Positions 11,008 to 20,865 of a DNA stretch of 64,000 nt are shown piece after piece. A program made the position numbers and the translations under genes. The notes beneath the pieces are model-generated. The model had not been told where the DNA came from. It made no database searches and saw nothing but the letters and a program-made list of their open reading frames with translations. Source of the stretch: Synergistales bacterium (lineage in GTDB: Bacteria; Synergistota; Synergistia; Synergistales; JAFGMB01); assembly GCA_963666205.1 (NCBI GenBank), contig OY762654.1, forward strand, positions 1,024,001 to 1,088,000, given 5' to 3'. The stretch's first letter is position 1. Every line of letters begins with the position of its first letter.

Positions 11008-14000
11008 ATGACTGAAACCAAAAAACATCTTCCTGGAAAAAAGAAACTGCCCCTTTCGAGGGTCTTTAAATATTTACTGCTCTTCCTCCTTATCATTTCC
11101 CTTGGCCTGGCATTTTTTATAAAGGACAGGGATATGGCCACCGGCATGATCACAAAGGCTATCATCAATGGTCTGGCTTCAGCCGGTTTTGATGGAAATA
11201 TCGAAAGAGTGACTGGAAACCCCTGGAAGGGATACCGTATAGAGGGACTGGACTTTGCTTCCGGGGATATCTTCAGTGCCTCCATCCGGACAATAGAGAT
11301 CGATCTGGATCTGCTGAAGATCTTCAACTGGGACCCCGTCGAAAAGATCGGTCTCTACGATTCAATGATAGATATCAGGGATCCCGCAAAACTGGCCCTT
11401 TTGAGATCGGAGCCATCCGGGAAAAAACTGCCCATCCCTCCCCTGCCCCTTGAGATCGAGAGTTTTGACGTCAGAATTCCAGGACATCAGGTCCTTGCTG
11501 ACAGGGGCAGTATATTATATTCCTCAAGGGCGATAGACATGGACATCTCCGGCAGAGTTGACACCCTGCCCTGGAAGATGGGAACAGTTCTTGAAATGGG
11601 AGACAGGATCCATCTCGCCAAAGGCATGTTCGACCTGGGGGCAGAAGGAAGGATCATCCTTTCGGGTGACATAAGTCCCTTAATGGATATAACCGGGACT
11701 GTGGAGAGTCTTGACCTCTACGCCCTCAGCAGCCTGGATAAAAGATTTATGGATGCAAGGGGGATCTTCAGTTCCACCCTCTACGGAAAGGGAACTCCGA
11801 GTGAACCCGAGGCTGGAGGGACATTTTCCCTGGCAGGAGGCGAAATAGGAGGAAGGTCAATGGGATCCATATCCGGCCGATGGTCCTTTGCTGAGAATAC
11901 CTTCAGAATTGATGAGATGGTCAATGAGATCCTGGGAAGCAGGATCGAAGGGGACCTTTCCATAAACACAGAGGGAGAACTGAAGCTAAAGGCACAGGGC
12001 AGGGACCTGGACCTGTCAAAAGCACAAGAACTGAAAATGGCCATCCCCGAAATGAATGGCAGGATAGACACCCTCCAGCTGAACCTGTCCGGGAAACTTC
12101 CCTGGCTGACTGGAAGAGTGGATCTTGTTTCAGGCGGTTTTTCAGTTTCGGCACAGAAATTCGATTCAATGAACCTCAATATCCTTCTGGAAGGAAAGAA
12201 GATCCTTCTGGATTCATCCCTCTCCTGGTCAGGAACCAGGGCACAGGCCGGTGGGACCCTGGACCTGTCGAAAGAACCAGCTCTGGAGTTCAGCCTCAAG
12301 GCCCCGGTCATTGACCTTGCAATTCTGCCAAAGATGGCACCGTCACTCTCTGCACTGGAACCTGAGGGGTCCATGGCCTTATCCCTGGAGGTCCGGGGCA
12401 GTATCAGGGATCCAGACATAAAGGGATCCCTTTCATCAAGGAAATTCAGTATAAGGAAGGAACCCATTGAAGATCTCAGCCTCTCCTTTTCGGTAGTTAA
12501 GGGAACTCTGAACATGGACAGGCTATATGCAAAAATGCTGGGAGGAGAATTAACGGGCAGGGGGGAAATACTGGACATATTCGCATCTCCCCTTCTGGAT
12601 CTCGGGGTCTACGGTAAAGACCTGGACCTTGAAAGGGCATCCCGTCTTGTTCCGTCCCCGCCTGAAGATCTGGGCGGAAGAGCCGATCTTGAGGCCCATA
12701 TCCGCGGCTCCCTTGAGAACCCCCTCATTGAAGGCACTTTACAGGGCAGACAGTTTAGAATGGGAGACCTCGTAAGAGTCGAAACAATAGATGCAAAGGT
12801 GTCGAAAAAAGGTCAGGAAGAACCTGTTCTCGAGATATCCACCCCCCTCGCCACAATAAGCGATGTGGTCCTGCAGGATGTAAATGCCAGCATTTCATGG
12901 AAGGCACCTGACCTGATAATACAGAATATCAGCACTTCCATTCTTGACGGGGAATTTTCAGCCGCTGGCAGGATCATTACAGCACCCTCTCCCCTTCTTG
13001 ATCTCCAGGCTTCCTTCGAGAACCTGGAACTGGAGGATCTTCCCTTTGCTGGCCTTCCTGAAACAGAGGGGACTACGAAGGGAACTCTCACCATAAAAGG
13101 GCCTCCCTCCGACCCGGAAATTTCTTTCCAGGCATTATCTCCCCTTGTCTCTTCCGGCTGTGCTGAGCTGAGGTCCATAGATCTCAGGGGAAACGCTTCC
13201 AGAAAAAAAATAGACATAACCAGTGTCAGTGCAAAGGTGGGAGAAGGCCTCCTGAAGGGAGGTATGTCCCTCATTCTCCTGGAGAAAGGGACAGATATCT
13301 ATTTCAATCTTGCAGGCAGCGGACTGGACCTTGCCTATCTGCTTCCCGGGGAGGATGGATCCTGCCCGGTGGATATTTCCGGCAATATAGACCTGCAGAT
13401 CCAGGGAGATTTTACGAAGGGTAAATTGAACGGTGAGGGAGATATCAGTTCCCAGGCTCTGGTTATTCAGAACTTTGCCCTGGAGAGCATGGATATTCCC
13501 CTGGACATCACCGCGAACAAAGCAGAGATAAAGGGAATGAAGATAAGTGCTTTCGGAGGAACCCTGTCCGGTGATCTCTCCCTGAACTTCGACGACCTCC
13601 AGTGGAACTCATCCTTTGAAGGGGCAGATCTGGATCTTGCCAGGGCAATGGACACCATTCCGGCCCTTTCAAAGAAACTCACGGGAAAAACCTTTTTTGA
13701 TGTTAAATTCAAGGGAAAGGGTTTCAATCCTTACAACCTTTTCGGATACGGTCTTCTTGAAATAAGGGAAGGGGACATAGGAGACATCCCGGCTATAAAG
13801 GCCGCCGCCGCTACAGCAGGGGAAGAGAGGATCAGGTTTCAGAGGCTGAGAAGCAACTTCCTTGCAGACGGTTTCGGTCTTACCATCCTTGGAGGAAGCC
13901 GGGTGGAAGCCCCCCGGAAATATCCTCTCTATAGGCAGATAGAAATGGATGGGAACATACAGTACGACGGAGATCTGGATCTGAAGGGAGCTGCAGAAGT

Positions 14001-14391
14001 GAATATCCAGGCTTTCAATGCCTTCATGGGAACCCTGCAGATAGCATTGAAAACAGTCCTCTCCCAGGGAGACCTGGTTCAGGACATCCTGGGAAGCCTC
14101 ACCGGAATAGGACGAAAGGACTTTCGGACCATAAACTTTGAAATAGGAGGGAACAGGACCTCTCCCGAGATAAAGAAGCTGGAAGTTGAGGGCGGTCAGG
14201 AATACCTGAGCAACCTCCTGGATATGGAAGACTCCGACAAGGACAGGCAAAAGGTCGACAACAGGCAGATCACCATAAAACTTAATTTCCCGGTCGGCCC
14301 CGGGGGCAGTAAAAAAGACGATGAAACGGGTGAGCAGCTGCAGGAACAGTTCCTTGAAGGAATACTTAAAAACCTCTTCCCCAAGGAATAA
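11008..14391 (+). CDS. AsmA/TamB-like periplasmic beta-taco protein
   Basis: N-terminal TM anchor followed by ~1100 aa of amphipathic beta repeats (G.LxxPxIxG). Confidence 0.75.
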   Translation: MTETKKHLPGKKKLPLSRVFKYLLLFLLIISLGLAFFIKDRDMATGMITKAIINGLASAGFDGNIERVTGNPWKGYRIEGLDFASGDIFSASIRTIEIDLDLLKIFNWDPVEKIGLYDSMIDIRDPAKLALLRSEPSGKKLPIPPLPLEIESFDVRIPGHQVLADRGSILYSSRAIDMDISGRVDTLPWKMGTVLEMGDRIHLAKGMFDLGAEGRIILSGDISPLMDITGTVESLDLYALSSLDKRFMDARGIFSSTLYGKGTPSEPEAGGTFSLAGGEIGGRSMGSISGRWSFAENTFRIDEMVNEILGSRIEGDLSINTEGELKLKAQGRDLDLSKAQELKMAIPEMNGRIDTLQLNLSGKLPWLTGRVDLVSGGFSVSAQKFDSMNLNILLEGKKILLDSSLSWSGTRAQAGGTLDLSKEPALEFSLKAPVIDLAILPKMAPSLSALEPEGSMALSLEVRGSIRDPDIKGSLSSRKFSIRKEPIEDLSLSFSVVKGTLNMDRLYAKMLGGELTGRGEILDIFASPLLDLGVYGKDLDLERASRLVPSPPEDLGGRADLEAHIRGSLENPLIEGTLQGRQFRMGDLVRVETIDAKVSKKGQEEPVLEISTPLATISDVVLQDVNASISWKAPDLIIQNISTSILDGEFSAAGRIITAPSPLLDLQASFENLELEDLPFAGLPETEGTTKGTLTIKGPPSDPEISFQALSPLVSSGCAELRSIDLRGNASRKKIDITSVSAKVGEGLLKGGMSLILLEKGTDIYFNLAGSGLDLAYLLPGEDGSCPVDISGNIDLQIQGDFTKGKLNGEGDISSQALVIQNFALESMDIPLDITANKAEIKGMKISAFGGTLSGDLSLNFDDLQWNSSFEGADLDLARAMDTIPALSKKLTGKTFFDVKFKGKGFNPYNLFGYGLLEIREGDIGDIPAIKAAAATAGEERIRFQRLRSNFLADGFGLTILGGSRVEAPRKYPLYRQIEMDGNIQYDGDLDLKGAAEVNIQAFNAFMGTLQIALKTVLSQGDLVQDILGSLTGIGRKDFRTINFEIGGNRTSPEIKKLEVEGGQEYLSNLLDMEDSDKDRQKVDNRQITIKLNFPVGPGGSKKDDETGEQLQEQFLEGILKNLFPKE

Positions 14392-14423
14392 TTTCCACAC
14401 CTCTTTATACAATAAATGAGAAA

Positions 14424-14449
14424 GGGCCGCTTCGTAACTGAAGCGGCCC
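14424..14449. terminator. Terminator hairpin between convergent genes
   Basis: GGGCCGCTTC-N6-GAAGCGGCCC. Confidence 0.65.
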
Positions 14450-14480
14450 CGGATATATACAGACACAGAAGCTTGAACAG

Positions 14481-15758
14481 TTATTTTTTGTTCCTTTCGT
14501 GACGGTCGAGATGGGATGGTTCGAGGGAAAGTTCCTGGCCATTGAAGAGTTTGATCAGTCCCTCGTTGGACAGACTCTTCTGGCGCGCAACATATTCTTC
14601 GTGGTGATAAAGTTCTTCAGGCCTGCTCAGGTTATCCTCAGGCTCCTTGTAGGTGGTAATGACACCCTCGTAATTCCTTAGAAGGACCGTCCTGTCTGAT
14701 CTGGACACGATGTAGTTGGGCATTACAGGGATCTTGCCCCCGCCGCCTGGAGCATCCACTATGAAATAAGGTACAGCAAGGCCTGATGTGTGGCCCCTGA
14801 GGAACTCGATTATCTCGATGCCCTTGCCGATGGAGGTCCGGAAGTGCTCGATTCCCTCGGAAAGGTCACACTGGTAAATGTAGTAGGGTCTTACCCTTAT
14901 TTTCAGCAGCTGCTGATTCAGTTCCCTGAAGATGAGGGGACAGTCGTTGACGCCCTTAAGAAGAACCGACTGGTTTCCGAGGGGCACTCCCGCATCTGCC
15001 AGCATATTGCATGCCCTTGTGGATTCCGGAGTTATTTCCTTGGGATGGTTGAAATGGACATTGATCCATATGGGATGATATTTTTTAAGCATATTGCACA
15101 GCTTCTCCGTCACTCTCTGGGGACATACCACTGGAGTTCTTGTCCCGATGCGTACAAAATCAACATGGGGAATGGCTGAAAGTTCTGCGATGGTCCATTC
15201 AAGAAGGTCTTCATCGATGGTGAATGGATCTCCTCCTGAGAGGAGTACATCCCGGAAGGTGGGTGTATTTTTCACATATTCAATGCATTTAGCGATCTGT
15301 TCCTGAGAATATGCCCTGTCAGTTTCTCCCGCATGTCTTCTTCTCGTACAGTGCCTGCAGTACATGGAACACTGGTCAGTAACAAGGAGAAGCCCCCTGT
15401 CGGGATAACGGTGGGTCAGTCCTGGCACGGGAGAATCCACATCCTCATGTAGGGGATCGCAAATGTCCGAATCTGCTATATGAGTTTCTGAAACCGTCGG
15501 GACAGCCTGCATGCGCACAGGACAGGCGGGATCATCCGGATCCATGAGGGAAGCATAATATGGAGTTATGGCCATACGGAGCCTGTTCAGGCTTTTATCG
15601 ATGACCCCTGCCTCTTCATCTGAAATATTGATTACCTGCCTGAGTTTCTCCACAGAGGTTATCCTGTTGGCTATCTGCCATTTCCAGCTGTTCCAGTCTT
15701 CATCTGAAACATCCTTCCATATGGGTACTGACCGCCTGTCTCGATATTTCTGCATCAT
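14481..15758 (-). CDS. kamA: Lysine 2,3-aminomutase (radical SAM)
   Basis: THRYPDR, CSMYCRHCTRR, LLSGGDP, DAPGGGGKIP. Confidence 0.93.
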   Translation of the reverse strand: MMQKYRDRRSVPIWKDVSDEDWNSWKWQIANRITSVEKLRQVINISDEEAGVIDKSLNRLRMAITPYYASLMDPDDPACPVRMQAVPTVSETHIADSDICDPLHEDVDSPVPGLTHRYPDRGLLLVTDQCSMYCRHCTRRRHAGETDRAYSQEQIAKCIEYVKNTPTFRDVLLSGGDPFTIDEDLLEWTIAELSAIPHVDFVRIGTRTPVVCPQRVTEKLCNMLKKYHPIWINVHFNHPKEITPESTRACNMLADAGVPLGNQSVLLKGVNDCPLIFRELNQQLLKIRVRPYYIYQCDLSEGIEHFRTSIGKGIEIIEFLRGHTSGLAVPYFIVDAPGGGGKIPVMPNYIVSRSDRTVLLRNYEGVITTYKEPEDNLSRPEELYHHEEYVARQKSLSNEGLIKLFNGQELSLEPSHLDRHERNKK

Positions 15759-15990
15759 ACTTTCCTCCCCTGTATTCTATGAAATATAATTTTATGCGGT
15801 TTGCAAAACTTGTTCAGAATAATCTTAACACAAAGAATTGTACCTATTTCCACGGATTCCAATGACACATTCATACAAACTCACCAGTGCTGATCGTTCA
15901 AGTCCAGATCATCCTCGATCTGATATGATCATATCAACACGGAGGGGACCATTAATATAACAAAATACTAAAAATAAAGGGGGAACCCCT

Positions 15991-17571
15991 ATGTATTATA
16001 AAGACCTTCTTATCTCCGGCGGAACCATTCTTACAGGAGACCCCGAAACTCCACTGGCAGGATCAATTCTCATCTCAGGAAACAGGATAGCCTCCATAGG
16101 CAGTTCCCATGAAGTGAACTGTCATCCGGGAGCAGAACAGGCCCTGAAGATCGATCTGGGCGGGAACACCCTTATTCCGGGGCTCACGGATTCCCATCTC
16201 CACCTGGCTTCAGTGGCAAAACAGATGGAGGCCCTTTCGTTGAAAGAAGCATCATCCCTGGAGGAGATGCTGGAGATCATAAGAGAGAAAGCATCCCGTA
16301 TCAACCCAGGGGATTGGATATACGGAGTGAGATTCGATGACTCTTCATGGCCCGAGAAAAGGCTTCCCAGCAGACAGGATCTCGACGGACTGAACCTGGA
16401 TAACCCAGTGATACTGGTAAGGGTCTGTGCCCATATTCATGTGGCCAACTCTATTGCTCTTAAAAAGGTCAGCCTTCCTGCTAATATAGATGTCCTTTAT
16501 GAAGACCAGGCATCAAAGATAACGGAAATGATTCAGCTTCAGATGTACGATCGCGACAGGATGAAAGATGCCATCCACCGCACATGCCTGAAACTGGCAT
16601 CACAGGGTCTGACCTGTGTCCACACATGCGGATGCAGTTCCTACGGGCTCGAGGAAGATATGGATATATACCGGGAACTGAAAAAAGAGGGAAAACTTCC
16701 CCTTAGAGTGGTCTATTACAATGATGAACTCCCCGAACCCGGCCTGGAGAGCGGGGATGGAGACGACTGGATCCGCTACGGAGGTTACAAGATGTTCCTT
16801 GACGGCTCCCTGGGAGGACGAACTGCAGCCCTCACCCTGCCCTATGAGGATCATCCCGGCAACATGGGTGTCCTCAACCATACTGCCGCAGAGGTCAGGG
16901 AACGTATGCTGGAAATGCACTCGAGAAATATTCAGGTCCAGGTCCATGCCATTGGCGATGCTGCCATTGACCAGTTCATAGAAGCCCTGGAATATGCCTA
17001 TGCCCATGGACCCCGGAGCAGTTCCAGCCTTCGTCACAGGATCGTCCATGCGCAGGTATGCCGCCCCGAACAGGTGGTGTCTCTCCGAAAACTGGAGGCC
17101 ATTTGCGACATCCAGCCAGGTTTTGTACCCAGCGACATAGACATAGCCCGCCAGAGACTCGGGAAGGAAAGGGAACCCTGGGCCTACGCCTGGAAGGACT
17201 TTCTGAAAGCAGGCCTTCTACTCACCGGATCCAGCGATGCCCCCGTAGAATCCACGGACCCCTTCCGGGGGATCTGGGCAGCCATGAACAGGACAGACGA
17301 TAATGGATCTCCCGAGGGCGGATGGAGGCCGGAACAGAAACTCACTCTGGAGGAAACGCTGCCCCTCTTCACCTCCAACCCATGGAAGGCCATTGGCCTT
17401 TCCTCCCCCTTCGGTATGCTGAAGAAGGGTTATGCTGCCGACCTTGTCATTCTCGACAGGGATATAACAATTGCACCGCCCCATACATTAAGGAATGTAA
17501 AGCCTCTCCTCACCATGGTGGGCGGCACTGTAAGCTACGGGAAACTGGAGGGATGGCCCTCCATCCTATAA
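15991..17571 (+). CDS. Amidohydrolase 3 family (YtcJ-like)
   Basis: PGLTDSHLH, KMFLDGSLGGRTA, HAIGD, RIVHAQ, SSDAPV. Confidence 0.88.
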   Translation: MYYKDLLISGGTILTGDPETPLAGSILISGNRIASIGSSHEVNCHPGAEQALKIDLGGNTLIPGLTDSHLHLASVAKQMEALSLKEASSLEEMLEIIREKASRINPGDWIYGVRFDDSSWPEKRLPSRQDLDGLNLDNPVILVRVCAHIHVANSIALKKVSLPANIDVLYEDQASKITEMIQLQMYDRDRMKDAIHRTCLKLASQGLTCVHTCGCSSYGLEEDMDIYRELKKEGKLPLRVVYYNDELPEPGLESGDGDDWIRYGGYKMFLDGSLGGRTAALTLPYEDHPGNMGVLNHTAAEVRERMLEMHSRNIQVQVHAIGDAAIDQFIEALEYAYAHGPRSSSSLRHRIVHAQVCRPEQVVSLRKLEAICDIQPGFVPSDIDIARQRLGKEREPWAYAWKDFLKAGLLLTGSSDAPVESTDPFRGIWAAMNRTDDNGSPEGGWRPEQKLTLEETLPLFTSNPWKAIGLSSPFGMLKKGYAADLVILDRDITIAPPHTLRNVKPLLTMVGGTVSYGKLEGWPSIL

Positions 17572-18588
17572 AGACAGGTCCCCCGCCTTGATCAGTCCCT
17601 TTTTCCTCATATACTCGGAAAAGAACAGGGTGAGAAGGGCGGGGAGAACAAAATGAAGAAGGATAATGCCCGTCCACGCCTTTGAACCCATAACGGCAAG
17701 GGTGCCGAACTGCCCAACCAGACCACTGGTGCCCATTCCCGCTCCTATCTTGTTATTCTCCATCCTGAAAAGCAGGGTGGCAAAGGGGCCCAGTATGGCC
17801 GAACTCAAGGTCGGCGGTACCCATATCCAGGGATTTTTCACGATATTGGGGATCTGGATCATTGAAGTGCCAAGGCCCTGGGATATAAGACCTCCCGGCC
17901 CATTTTCACGATAGCTCTGAACGGCAAAACCGATCATCTGGCATGAACAGCCCACCGTGGCCGCACCGGCGGCCAGACCGCTCAGTCCAAGGGAAATGGC
18001 CAGGGCCGCACTGCTTATGGGAAGGGTGAGGATCATCCCCATCATCACCGAAACGAGGATACCCATGGGCAGTGGGTGGAGCCTGGTGGCCATGTTTATC
18101 ACGTTTCCCAGGAAATACATGAGATCCGCTATCCACGGCCCGGCATATATACCGGCCAATCCCCCTGCGAGAATCGTTCCCGCTGGCACCAGGACTATAT
18201 CCACCTTGGTCCTCCCCCGTATAAGCTTTGATATCTCTGCTCCTGTAAGTGAAGCTATAAGGGCCCCCATGGGCTCGCCTATATGGAGAGTGGGTGCACC
18301 TCCACCAAGACCTATGGTACCCGCTCCAATGGCTCCCGTGATTATGGAAGCGAATATTCCCAGGGGTGAAGCGCCCACGCTGTAGGCAACACCGGCACCT
18401 ATGGCAGGACCCATCATGTACTGGGCAACCTGGCCAAAGGAAGCGGCCATCTCGAAACCGGTGTAATTTGCTATCTGTTTTATTATCAGGCCGATGATAA
18501 GTGAAGAAAAAAGGCCAAGGGCCATTCCATTCAGAACCTTTACTACGTAATCCTGTATATCAAGGGGTTTAACTGTTTTGCCGGACAT
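17566..18588 (-). CDS. PTS EIIC_2-family membrane transporter (stand-alone IIC-like)
   Basis: LNGMALGLFSSLIIG, LTLPISSAA, GTSMIQIPNI, GMGTSGLVG. Confidence 0.8.
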   Translation of the reverse strand: MSGKTVKPLDIQDYVVKVLNGMALGLFSSLIIGLIIKQIANYTGFEMAASFGQVAQYMMGPAIGAGVAYSVGASPLGIFASIITGAIGAGTIGLGGGAPTLHIGEPMGALIASLTGAEISKLIRGRTKVDIVLVPAGTILAGGLAGIYAGPWIADLMYFLGNVINMATRLHPLPMGILVSVMMGMILTLPISSAALAISLGLSGLAAGAATVGCSCQMIGFAVQSYRENGPGGLISQGLGTSMIQIPNIVKNPWIWVPPTLSSAILGPFATLLFRMENNKIGAGMGTSGLVGQFGTLAVMGSKAWTGIILLHFVLPALLTLFFSEYMRKKGLIKAGDLSL

Positions 18589-18617
18589 GAGGACCTCCTC
18601 GGGAATATAAATGACTT

Positions 18618-18639
18618 TACAGCTGTCTTGTCACCAGCA
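18618..18639. promoter_or_regulatory. Probable NiaR operator
   Basis: TACAGCTGTCTTGTCACCAGCA resembles the NiaR box (ACA-N2-TGTCWWGACA-N2-TGT) and lies ~30 bp upstream of the permease, just downstream of niaR. Confidence 0.6.
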
Positions 18640-18667
18640 GCTAAAAAAATATACCAGTCCGCAGGGT

Positions 18668-19189
18668 TTATATCAAGTAGTTTCTTTTTTTCAGTTCCCG
18701 AAGAATACGTTCATAGGTTTCCTCATCGGGAACTTCAATGGTGTGAAGATGCAGACCCTCCGTGAGGGATGAAAGAGGTTCTGCCCTGTCTTCCCTGACC
18801 TTCTTCATGAACTGTTCCACATCATACCTTGTGGCCACCATGAGGTTTCCCCTTATCTCCCCGTATACTGGATGCTCCACTATCACATCGAGGATCTTTC
18901 CTCCATTGTCCACGATGGTGACAAGTTCCCCTTCAATGGAATCCACCCCTTCATGTTTCGTTACAATGGTCTTTCTGAGAGAAACGCTCTCCCTGGAAGG
19001 GGTAACGAAGTAGCCCGTGGGAGTGGCTATGATAGCCTCGCCGGAAGCCCTGAGGACAGCGATATCCTGGACGATCACCTGTCTGCTCACATTGAAGATC
19101 TCTGCAAGCTCTATACCCTTAATGCACCCGCCCCTGGTTTTCAGCAGCTCCATTATGGAAACTCTACGCTCATCCGAAGTCACGGTCAT
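18668..19189 (-). CDS. niaR: Niacin-responsive repressor NiaR (HTH + 3H domain)
   Basis: VSRQVIVQDIAVLRA HTH; VEHPVYG and GLHLHTI 3H motifs. Confidence 0.9.
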   Translation of the reverse strand: MTVTSDERRVSIMELLKTRGGCIKGIELAEIFNVSRQVIVQDIAVLRASGEAIIATPTGYFVTPSRESVSLRKTIVTKHEGVDSIEGELVTIVDNGGKILDVIVEHPVYGEIRGNLMVATRYDVEQFMKKVREDRAEPLSSLTEGLHLHTIEVPDEETYERILRELKKRNYLI

Positions 19190-19323
19190 ACCCCCCTATC
19201 CATCGGGATACCTGTATTTATCCATTGCCGCAATACCCTTTAAAGTCCGGATTTAGAATAACATAAAAGCTGGAGTGCCGGTATGACCTGGTATAGAATA
19301 AGTCCAGAGAGGAGGGATATCCC

Positions 19324-20454
19324 TTGTCCACAGTAGCGCTGATGACGCAGAGAACTTACTCTGAAAAGGAACTTGAAGTCTCCATGGAAAAACTTCTCCA
19401 GGAACTTGGAGGGATGGATCCCCTTATCAGGCCCGGAGACAGGGTTCTCCTCAAACCGAACATGCTCTCGGCCAGGCCTGTCGCAAAAAGAATAACCACC
19501 GATCCCATGGTGGTAAGGATCATTGCCCGCATGGTACTGGACTGCGGAGCCAAACCCTTCATAGGTGACAGTCCCGGAATAGAACCCTTTCCCCAGGTGG
19601 CTAAAGCCTCAGGCATAGCGGAAATAGGAGAGGAACTGGGCATACCTGTGATCGAGCTGGATGATCCCGTTCCACTGAACAGGAATGACGATACAAGGTT
19701 CAGGAACATAGAAATATCCTCAAAGGTCATTCAGGCGGATAAAGTAATAAACATCCCAAAGCTCAAGACCCATGCCCAGATGCTTCTCACCCTCGGAGTA
19801 AAGAACCTTTTCGGAACAGTCGTAGCGCAGAGAAAGGCCGAGTGGCACTACAAGGTCGGGCTGGACAGGGACATCTTTGCCTCCCTTCACCTGGACATAT
19901 ACCATGCTATAAGACCTGTTATTACAATTCTTGACGGGATCTGGGGAATGGAAGGACACGGTCCCGGGAGCGGAACCCCCCGGAACTTCGGGATCCTTGC
20001 CGCTTCTGCAGACGCCGTAGCCCTGGACTGTTCCATCTGCAGAATACTCGGTGTACCCCTTGAGGACTTCCCCCTTTACCGGGAGGCAAAACGCAGAAAT
20101 ATAGGCCAGACAGACCTGGAGGAAGTTATTTACAGGGGAGATATGGATCCCCTCTCCGTAATTGAAGGAGTGGATATCCCCCGTCTCGACAGCCTTCACG
20201 TACTGCCCGGCTTCCTTAAGTTCTTTGGGAATACCATGATATCCCGTCCCGTCCAGGACCCGAACAGATGCATAGGGTGCGGGGAATGCGTCAGAATCTG
20301 CGCCGCCCATGCCATAAAGCTGGAGGGGAAAAGGCTTGACTACGATTACAGCAAATGCATCCGCTGCTTCTGCTGTCAGGAAGTATGCCCCATCAACGCC
20401 ATAGGGTTCAAAAAGGGATTCTTTCTGAAAGCGATGGAGATCTTCAGAAGGTAA
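19324..20454 (+). CDS. DUF362 protein with C-terminal 2x[4Fe-4S] ferredoxin domain
   Basis: VLLKPN, PKLKTH, GMEGHGP; CIGCGECVRIC and CIRCFCCQEVC. Confidence 0.88.
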   Translation: MSTVALMTQRTYSEKELEVSMEKLLQELGGMDPLIRPGDRVLLKPNMLSARPVAKRITTDPMVVRIIARMVLDCGAKPFIGDSPGIEPFPQVAKASGIAEIGEELGIPVIELDDPVPLNRNDDTRFRNIEISSKVIQADKVINIPKLKTHAQMLLTLGVKNLFGTVVAQRKAEWHYKVGLDRDIFASLHLDIYHAIRPVITILDGIWGMEGHGPGSGTPRNFGILAASADAVALDCSICRILGVPLEDFPLYREAKRRNIGQTDLEEVIYRGDMDPLSVIEGVDIPRLDSLHVLPGFLKFFGNTMISRPVQDPNRCIGCGECVRICAAHAIKLEGKRLDYDYSKCIRCFCCQEVCPINAIGFKKGFFLKAMEIFRR

Positions 20455-20458
20455 CAAT

Positions 20459-20720
20459 GAATCGAAAATCTAAAATCCAAAATCCAAAATCGGTTAACCG
20501 CAGAGGGTCCGCCGTAAACCATCGTATAAAACCATTAGACCCAAGTAGTGGCGGACTTTCAGCGCTGAGGTTTCGCAGAGTAACACGCAGGAAGACAAGA
20601 ACCGTAGGGTGCTGCTTTAGCGCACCGAAACGACCAAGGTTGATAGATGTCACGAAATCGTAAATTTGTACCAGGAAGGACTTTCGGATCGGAGGGCACA
20701 GAGGAAAACATAAGACATAA
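20459..20720. repeat. Modular repeat array R2 (opposite polarity to R1)
   Basis: 20470-20585 is the near-identical reverse complement of ~8366-8480; contains GTAG REP 20604-20626 and a degenerate hairpin E. Confidence 0.9.
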
Positions 20721-20805
20721 AAACCGTAGACCTTTTCACCTATATCATGAAATCCCTGCCTTATTCATTGAATAAACATAATGTACATGATAATATTTAA
20801 CCATA

Positions 20806-20833
20806 CTTCAAAAATATCATGATAATTTTGAAG
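20806..20833. promoter_or_regulatory. Palindromic operator upstream of ATPase gene
   Basis: CTTCAAAAATATCA|TGATAATTTTGAAG (1 mismatch) with extra half-sites near 20786 and 20842. Confidence 0.55.
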
Positions 20834-20865
20834 TTGACTTAAAAATTATCATAAGAGGTACCTCG

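Noticed and set aside
15759-15990. Lysine riboswitch upstream of kamA
   Set aside because: AT-rich divergent promoter region with no recognisable L-box structure.
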